Below are positions 59,104 to 64,000 of a stretch of 64,000 nucleotides of DNA, piece by piece (position 1 is the first letter of the stretch; the number at the start of each line of letters is the position of its first letter). The translations under genes and the position numbers were made by a program. The notes under the pieces were generated by a model. It saw only the letters and a program-made list of their open reading frames with translations. It searched no databases and was not told the DNA's origin. This DNA is from a virus, in the IMG/VR virus record IMGVR_UViG_3300028030_000005, positions 33,646 through 97,645 of that record; one strand, given 5' to 3'.

Positions 59104-59759
59104 TCTGTAGCAAGTATTGCTGTGACTACTTCCAGTGCTTCTTGACTTAGATGTTGTAAGTCTTTATTGTTTTGAATCGGTAGAGTGTCCCATCCATTAA
59201 AGTCTTTCAGTTCAGTTTCACTTCGATGATTCATACTGCGCGAATCATAATTTTCAGAATTGAATTCGCGATGCACTTTAAACTTGTACACATCAACAGA
59301 ATCAATTTCACTGCAACAAAACTGTTCGTTCAAAAATCTAAAATCCGGAATCAAAATATTGACAGTTCTTACTCTATGAAAGTGTTGATGTTGAATAATG
59401 CTCTGTACGCTTTTCTCTAATGTTCTTTTCCAAGTATCTTTATCAAAATTGTCGCGCACTGCTTCTGTAGCGAATTTTTGTAGCCACTGTCCTAATGTCA
59501 TATTCCACTCTTTTAAGAACGTATTTTTTTGTTTGTGAGTGAAATCATATATTTCATTGTTGTACACATTTTGATTGTGTTTAATTCGTTTAATTCCTGT
59601 CAGTCTTTCTGCAATGAATTTCAATTCGTCAGCAAAGTGCAATTTGTAGTTTTCGGACAGTGATTCGTATCGTTTAAAATGCCCTGCCATCATATCAGCG
59701 AACGTATCTTTTCCAGACTGGAATCCACTTCCGTTTATAAGAATAACTCGTGTTTTCAT
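59100..59759 (-). CDS. Deoxynucleoside monophosphate kinase
   Basis: QSGKDT, FADELK, LQKFATEAVR, IPDFRFLNE, HRSETEL (T4 gp1-like). Confidence 0.85.
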   Translation of the reverse strand: MKTRVILINGSGFQSGKDTFADMMAGHFKRYESLSENYKLHFADELKFIAERLTGIKRIKHNQNVYNNEIYDFTHKQKNTFLKEWNMTLGQWLQKFATEAVRDNFDKDTWKRTLEKSVQSIIQHQHFHRVRTVNILIPDFRFLNEQFCCSEIDSVDVYKFKVHREFNSENYDSRSMNHRSETELKDFNGWDTLPIQNNKDLQHLSQEALEVVTAILATE

Positions 59760-59773
59760 AAAAATAAGATTTT

Positions 59774-59812
59774 AAAAAAGCCACACAAGCACGTGAATGA
59801 ATGTGTGGCTTT
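59774..59812 (-). terminator. Rho-independent terminator after rIIB
   Basis: aaagccacaca/tgtgtggcttt stem with T-tract. Confidence 0.75.
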
Positions 59813-59826
59813 GGTGTAGAAATCAA

Positions 59827-61107
59827 CTAACCGATAACCGTATATCCGGCTTGTTCGAATAGTTCACGTGCTTTATTTTTAACCGCTTTTTCATTAAGAA
59901 ACTTGTTGAGTTCCTCATTGAATTTATCTTTTACCAATTGCATCGTTTGTTTACGATTCAATTTACTAAGGTCAATTTCGTTTTGCAATGTCGATTGATT
60001 GGTTCCGGCACTAACTTCAGTGTCAATCGATTCAGCGTCCTTAGTCAATTGTTTAGTCGCTTCGTATGCTTCCAAAATTCCAGCAGCTTTTTTCAAAATA
60101 CTACGTTTGTTTTTTGGATTGTCAGTCATTTTAGTTCCTGTTTGCTGCTCTACATATTTCATTATATCTTTCGCTGTCATTGATTTCAATTTTTCAATGT
60201 AGGGATTGGTCTCAACTACTTTCAGTTGTTCAATCGGTTTGGCTTTGACATATTTGACTTTTTTACCCGTTCCAAACGACTTGTTCGCTTTCGATTGAGC
60301 TCGCATTTTTTGTTCGGTTTCTACGTCTGGAGTTTTGATAAAATCACTCAATTTAACGACTTGAGAATCGCTATGTGATTTTGTACTGTATCCCATCACT
60401 TGATAACGACATACTCGCATTTTAGTGTTGTTGTAGTCAGTAGGAACCGATACTACGTCAGTTGGATTGACAACACACTTAACGATAATATCTTGTCCGT
60501 ACCATTGACGTACGTAATCCGGAGCACCAACGTGAAGTCCGAATGAGCAAGTTCGATTTGGATTGTCGTCAACTTGTTCTCTCGGCATCTCAACAATCAT
60601 ACCAACACTGTTGTCAACTTTTCCTGTGTACGAATCAACCAATTCTCCTGGCAATCCTCCTGGTTTTTGAGATACTCCTTTCTCAACAACGATATCTCCT
60701 TGTTCAGTCAACGGAATGTTGTTGTGTAACATAAATCCGTACAATTGTTGTTGACTTTGTTCACTCGGATTTTTACGTAATTTTTTCCAAAATCTAATGA
60801 GTGGCAAGAAATCTCCACCGGATTTTTCTAACTCGAGTAATTTTTTAACAATCACATCAGGAATCGGCTTGTTATCACCTTTCAATGTGACTTTTCCGGA
60901 ATTAACTTCGAACAAGTTATTGCTGAATTTCTCAATACGAGATTTGATGTCTAAAAACTTACCAATTAAGTTTTTTTCATCGCGATTGAGTAACATTTCT
61001 GCAACTTGTTGAAACAATTGTTCATCCTCTTGTCTTTGGATGTTTACTTCTTGTCCTTCGTATTTAAGGACGATAGTGTTTTCGCTAATTAAACCTTTGA
61101 TTTTCAT
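59827..61107 (-). CDS. rIIB: rIIB lysis inhibition protein
   Basis: NPS...QLYGF, VEMPREQVDDNPNRTCSFGLHV, VNPTDVVSVPTDYNNTKMRVCRYQV. Confidence 0.92.
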   Translation of the reverse strand: MKIKGLISENTIVLKYEGQEVNIQRQEDEQLFQQVAEMLLNRDEKNLIGKFLDIKSRIEKFSNNLFEVNSGKVTLKGDNKPIPDVIVKKLLELEKSGGDFLPLIRFWKKLRKNPSEQSQQQLYGFMLHNNIPLTEQGDIVVEKGVSQKPGGLPGELVDSYTGKVDNSVGMIVEMPREQVDDNPNRTCSFGLHVGAPDYVRQWYGQDIIVKCVVNPTDVVSVPTDYNNTKMRVCRYQVMGYSTKSHSDSQVVKLSDFIKTPDVETEQKMRAQSKANKSFGTGKKVKYVKAKPIEQLKVVETNPYIEKLKSMTAKDIMKYVEQQTGTKMTDNPKNKRSILKKAAGILEAYEATKQLTKDAESIDTEVSAGTNQSTLQNEIDLSKLNRKQTMQLVKDKFNEELNKFLNEKAVKNKARELFEQAGYTVIG

Positions 61108-61146
61108 AATACTTATTTTTAAGTGAGATGGGTATCTCTGTTATTA

Positions 61147-61186
61147 TTACATTACAAAGATACCCAATCTATATCTTTTATGCAAC
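61147..61186 (-). promoter_or_regulatory. Repeated phage promoter between rIIA and rIIB
   Basis: GTTGCATAAAAGATATAGATTGGGTATCTTTG; overlaps the rIIA stop. Confidence 0.8.
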
Positions 61187-63343
61187 AGTTATTTGATATT
61201 TTTTTATTTCTTTCTGCATTTTTTCAATTGAATCATTTGATGTTCTGATATAATTGTACAACATTGAGTTATCATCCAAACGTTTTTGAATTTTTGTTCT
61301 CAGTCCTTTGAAGTCAAATTTTAGTTTGATATCATCTATCTTAACTCCATTGAGTTGATTATCTACTTTGAAATCATTTTCGATGATATGTCTCATCGAT
61401 TTTGGTAGTAATTCAGGATATAATTTAATCATCTGTTGTACTTTACTACCGTAGCCAAAAAAACTTGTAAATATACTTGTTAATTGTTTGTCCAGTGCAT
61501 ACTTGACTAATCGTTTTTGCAATCGTTTCTCAATCTGTTTGACTAATTCATCTGCATCTATTACCATTGATTTTGGTAGTGTTGAAAAGTATCTATCGTA
61601 CGTACGTTGATTAATAGCAATCAATTCGTAGTCACTGAATTTTTCGATTAATTTATGATTGGTGTGAGCGTTACAAGAATTATTGAGTGATGTCAATCTA
61701 TCGACAATAACATAAGCGAATTTTGCATCAACTTGTTCGTTGGTTTGTGTATCCCACCAAACTTGTTTTTCTCGGTGTAATTCAACTCGGTCAGACTCCC
61801 AACAACTACTTCCCCAAGATGATTGATTGTATTGACGAAATTTGATTGTGATTGTACTTGTTGGTTTGTATGCAGAATATGTTGTAATGTCATTGTTTTC
61901 TGCTTTTTCAACGGTACTAAACAACTCTATATCAAGGTCAAATGTGTGTACAAGTTCAAATTGTTCGTCTGCTTGTTGTTTAATGTCAACTCCCGGTTTT
62001 GGTTGGAGTAAGATAAAATCTCCTTTATTTTCCCATATTGTGATGTTTCTACGAATATTTCGTTTAACGTCGGCATAGTAGATTGGTAATTTAAACCAAC
62101 TGTTTGTGATGTTGTTTGTTAACTCAACGTACGATACTTTTTCTCCATTTTGTGGCTGAGCCACTCTATACGCTTTGTGGTACTTTAACGGCAGTTGTCC
62201 TGTGATTTTTTTACCGTTCCATTCTTGCTGTTTTTTGATAGACGATTTCATTCCACTCAAAATCCCTTTAACCCAATAATCATCTTGTAGTGCAGATTTA
62301 TACATTTTTACTTCAGCATCGTCGATACGTTGTTGTCCAAACAATCCGTTATATCGATAACAGGCTGTTATGTACTTGTCTGCTCCGGAAATGTAGTTTT
62401 TAATCGATTTAGATAGATATTGCTTAACTTCGTCGTTAATCTGTTTCAACTTTTCAACAGTATCGTCATCATATTGAATTGCTTCACGATTTGCAGCAAG
62501 TGTGATGTCTCCTGTATTGAGTTTTAGCTCAATTACCATACTATTCCCTACACCTTTATTTATTTTTAATAGTGACGTATTCAACGGATACATTATTCCA
62601 TCAACGCTCGCGATGTAGTAGTCACCATCAATATAGCTATTTTTCTCTATTATACTAAATGATTTTTCATCAATAACTCGGTTGATTTCAGGAACTTTTT
62701 TGATAAAATTGATTAATGTCGGACGAGTTTTCCAAAGTAACGTACTTTTAATCACTTCATACTCAAATGTTTCTCTATCATCAGATTTGATAGGTACTAT
62801 GATTTGAGTCCCTGTATTTTCAGTAGTTTCCTCAGAATCGAACATAATCATTTTACCCTTTCTACTACTATCAATCATTGCAGTGTAGTGGTATTTTATT
62901 CGTTTTCCTCCTACATTACACGTAGTAATGACGGTAAATGTGTCTGTGTACGCGAACGGTGTTTTAGCTCCAAGGCCAAATCCTCCTGTTTGTCCGTTGG
63001 TATTTCGTTTTGTACTCGCAGCATATTTGACGAACACATCGGCCATTCTATCAGGAGAAATTCCTATTCCATTGTCTCTGAATATGATTGACATATCGCC
63101 TAAGAACGTAAATTTATTCGGCTTAGCGATTTCAACTTCGACAGGAACATCAGCTCTACCTGCTTCACGATTTGCATCTCTACTGTTCGAAATTACCTCA
63201 CGACACAAACTTCCAATCTTATTGGAATACATTTTATCTCGTAAGATATCAAAAATGATTGAGTTGTTGTCATCGATTGAGAAGTTTAATTCTTGTTCGG
63301 CTCCGATGACTAAGTCGTTGAACGATTCTTTTTTTAGTTTCAT
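61178..63343 (-). CDS. rIIA: rIIA lysis inhibition protein (GHKL ATPase N-terminus)
   Basis: MYSNK...REVISNSRDA, DNGIG, STKR, GGFGLGAKTPFAY, REAIQY; upstream of rIIB. Confidence 0.9.
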   Translation of the reverse strand: MKLKKESFNDLVIGAEQELNFSIDDNNSIIFDILRDKMYSNKIGSLCREVISNSRDANREAGRADVPVEVEIAKPNKFTFLGDMSIIFRDNGIGISPDRMADVFVKYAASTKRNTNGQTGGFGLGAKTPFAYTDTFTVITTCNVGGKRIKYHYTAMIDSSRKGKMIMFDSEETTENTGTQIIVPIKSDDRETFEYEVIKSTLLWKTRPTLINFIKKVPEINRVIDEKSFSIIEKNSYIDGDYYIASVDGIMYPLNTSLLKINKGVGNSMVIELKLNTGDITLAANREAIQYDDDTVEKLKQINDEVKQYLSKSIKNYISGADKYITACYRYNGLFGQQRIDDAEVKMYKSALQDDYWVKGILSGMKSSIKKQQEWNGKKITGQLPLKYHKAYRVAQPQNGEKVSYVELTNNITNSWFKLPIYYADVKRNIRRNITIWENKGDFILLQPKPGVDIKQQADEQFELVHTFDLDIELFSTVEKAENNDITTYSAYKPTSTITIKFRQYNQSSWGSSCWESDRVELHREKQVWWDTQTNEQVDAKFAYVIVDRLTSLNNSCNAHTNHKLIEKFSDYELIAINQRTYDRYFSTLPKSMVIDADELVKQIEKRLQKRLVKYALDKQLTSIFTSFFGYGSKVQQMIKLYPELLPKSMRHIIENDFKVDNQLNGVKIDDIKLKFDFKGLRTKIQKRLDDNSMLYNYIRTSNDSIEKMQKEIKKYQITVA

Positions 63344-63358
63344 TGGTCTCAGTTTTTA

Positions 63359-63406
63359 TTGATTTTCTACACTGTAAAGATACTACATAGTTATCTTTTA
63401 TGCAAC
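63359..63406 (-). promoter_or_regulatory. Repeated phage promoter plus leader
   Basis: GTTGCATAAAAGATAACTATGTAGTATCTTTACAGTGTAGAAAATCAA. Confidence 0.85.
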
Positions 63407-63417
63407 AATTTTATCAA

Positions 63418-63870
63418 TTATTTTGAGACAAAATTCACTATCGTCACATTTTCGTGGCGTAGTTCGTAAGAAATAATTTTTTCAATTTTAGTCCAATTAC
63501 CACCTGCTATTCCAGCTCCTATCTTTGGTAATCCGACTCTCATCTTTTTACCACGTATCATTCGAGCCATTTTTCGCACAGATAATCGTAGTGCAGTATA
63601 ATCAAGGTTATTTCCTGGCTGATATTGTGTGTATAGATTAAATATCAATCCGTAATCAGTAACAGCTAACGATAAACTACCTAATTTCAATAAATCTCCT
63701 GGTGTAGTAGTATTATCTGCAACGACTGCTTCAGGAAAACGAACTGCAATTTGACCAGCAATTCCAGCACCCATCATATTGAAGCAATTCGCTCCGTGTG
63801 CAATCACATCGAACTGTTTTGATTGAAATAAATCGAGCAAATTACCGTTTATGTATTTTAATTTTTTCAT
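63418..63870 (-). CDS. Macrodomain (ADP-ribose hydrolase-like) protein
   Basis: GNLL, AHGANC, MGAGIA, NLYTQ, LPKIGAGIAGGNW. Confidence 0.9.
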   Translation of the reverse strand: MKKLKYINGNLLDLFQSKQFDVIAHGANCFNMMGAGIAGQIAVRFPEAVVADNTTTPGDLLKLGSLSLAVTDYGLIFNLYTQYQPGNNLDYTALRLSVRKMARMIRGKKMRVGLPKIGAGIAGGNWTKIEKIISYELRHENVTIVNFVSK

Positions 63871-64000
63871 AACATTTTTTAATCAGTTTAACAATCGCTA
63901 CAAACGAAATTGCGTGTACTATTATATGTACTACAAATAATATACCGACGATTTTCATTTTTTAATCACATTTACACGAACAACTCCATCACCTTTATAG

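Overview
A 64-kb segment of a large, AT-rich (roughly one-third GC by eye) myovirus genome. Every convincing gene is on the minus strand, and the plus-strand ORFs look like antisense shadows. In transcription order (right to left) it contains: (i) an early/accessory region (macrodomain, rIIA/rIIB, dNMP kinase, RNase H, SF1 helicase, metallophosphoesterase, nucleotidyltransferase, DxD glycosyltransferase-like protein, lipoprotein, GroEL flanked by two GroES-like genes, zeta-toxin kinase, GNAT protein), preceded by a repeated TTG-N20-TATCTTTA promoter; (ii) an RNA cluster (tRNA-Ile GAT, a probable structured ncRNA, tmRNA, an atypical initiator-like tRNA-Met) and a small 3 x 25-nt repeat array with tetraloop-hairpin spacers; (iii) a Herelleviridae-like morphogenesis module (portal, MuF, prohead protease, major capsid, neck, sheath, tube, chaperones, tape measure, M23-fused hub, amidase, baseplate J). 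Promoter shape, SD-less A-rich leaders, the tmRNA resume codon (Gly) and the lipoprotein point to a Bacteroidota host (inference). Two candidates for undescribed systems stand out. One is a family of proteins that share an 'IEK|A/G-R-x-x-PIGT...K...G(K)W' leader on unrelated cargo domains, probably a head-packaging tag for ejected effectors. The other is the repeat/tetraloop RNA at 36949-37053. All functional calls are from motif recognition by eye, not database searches.
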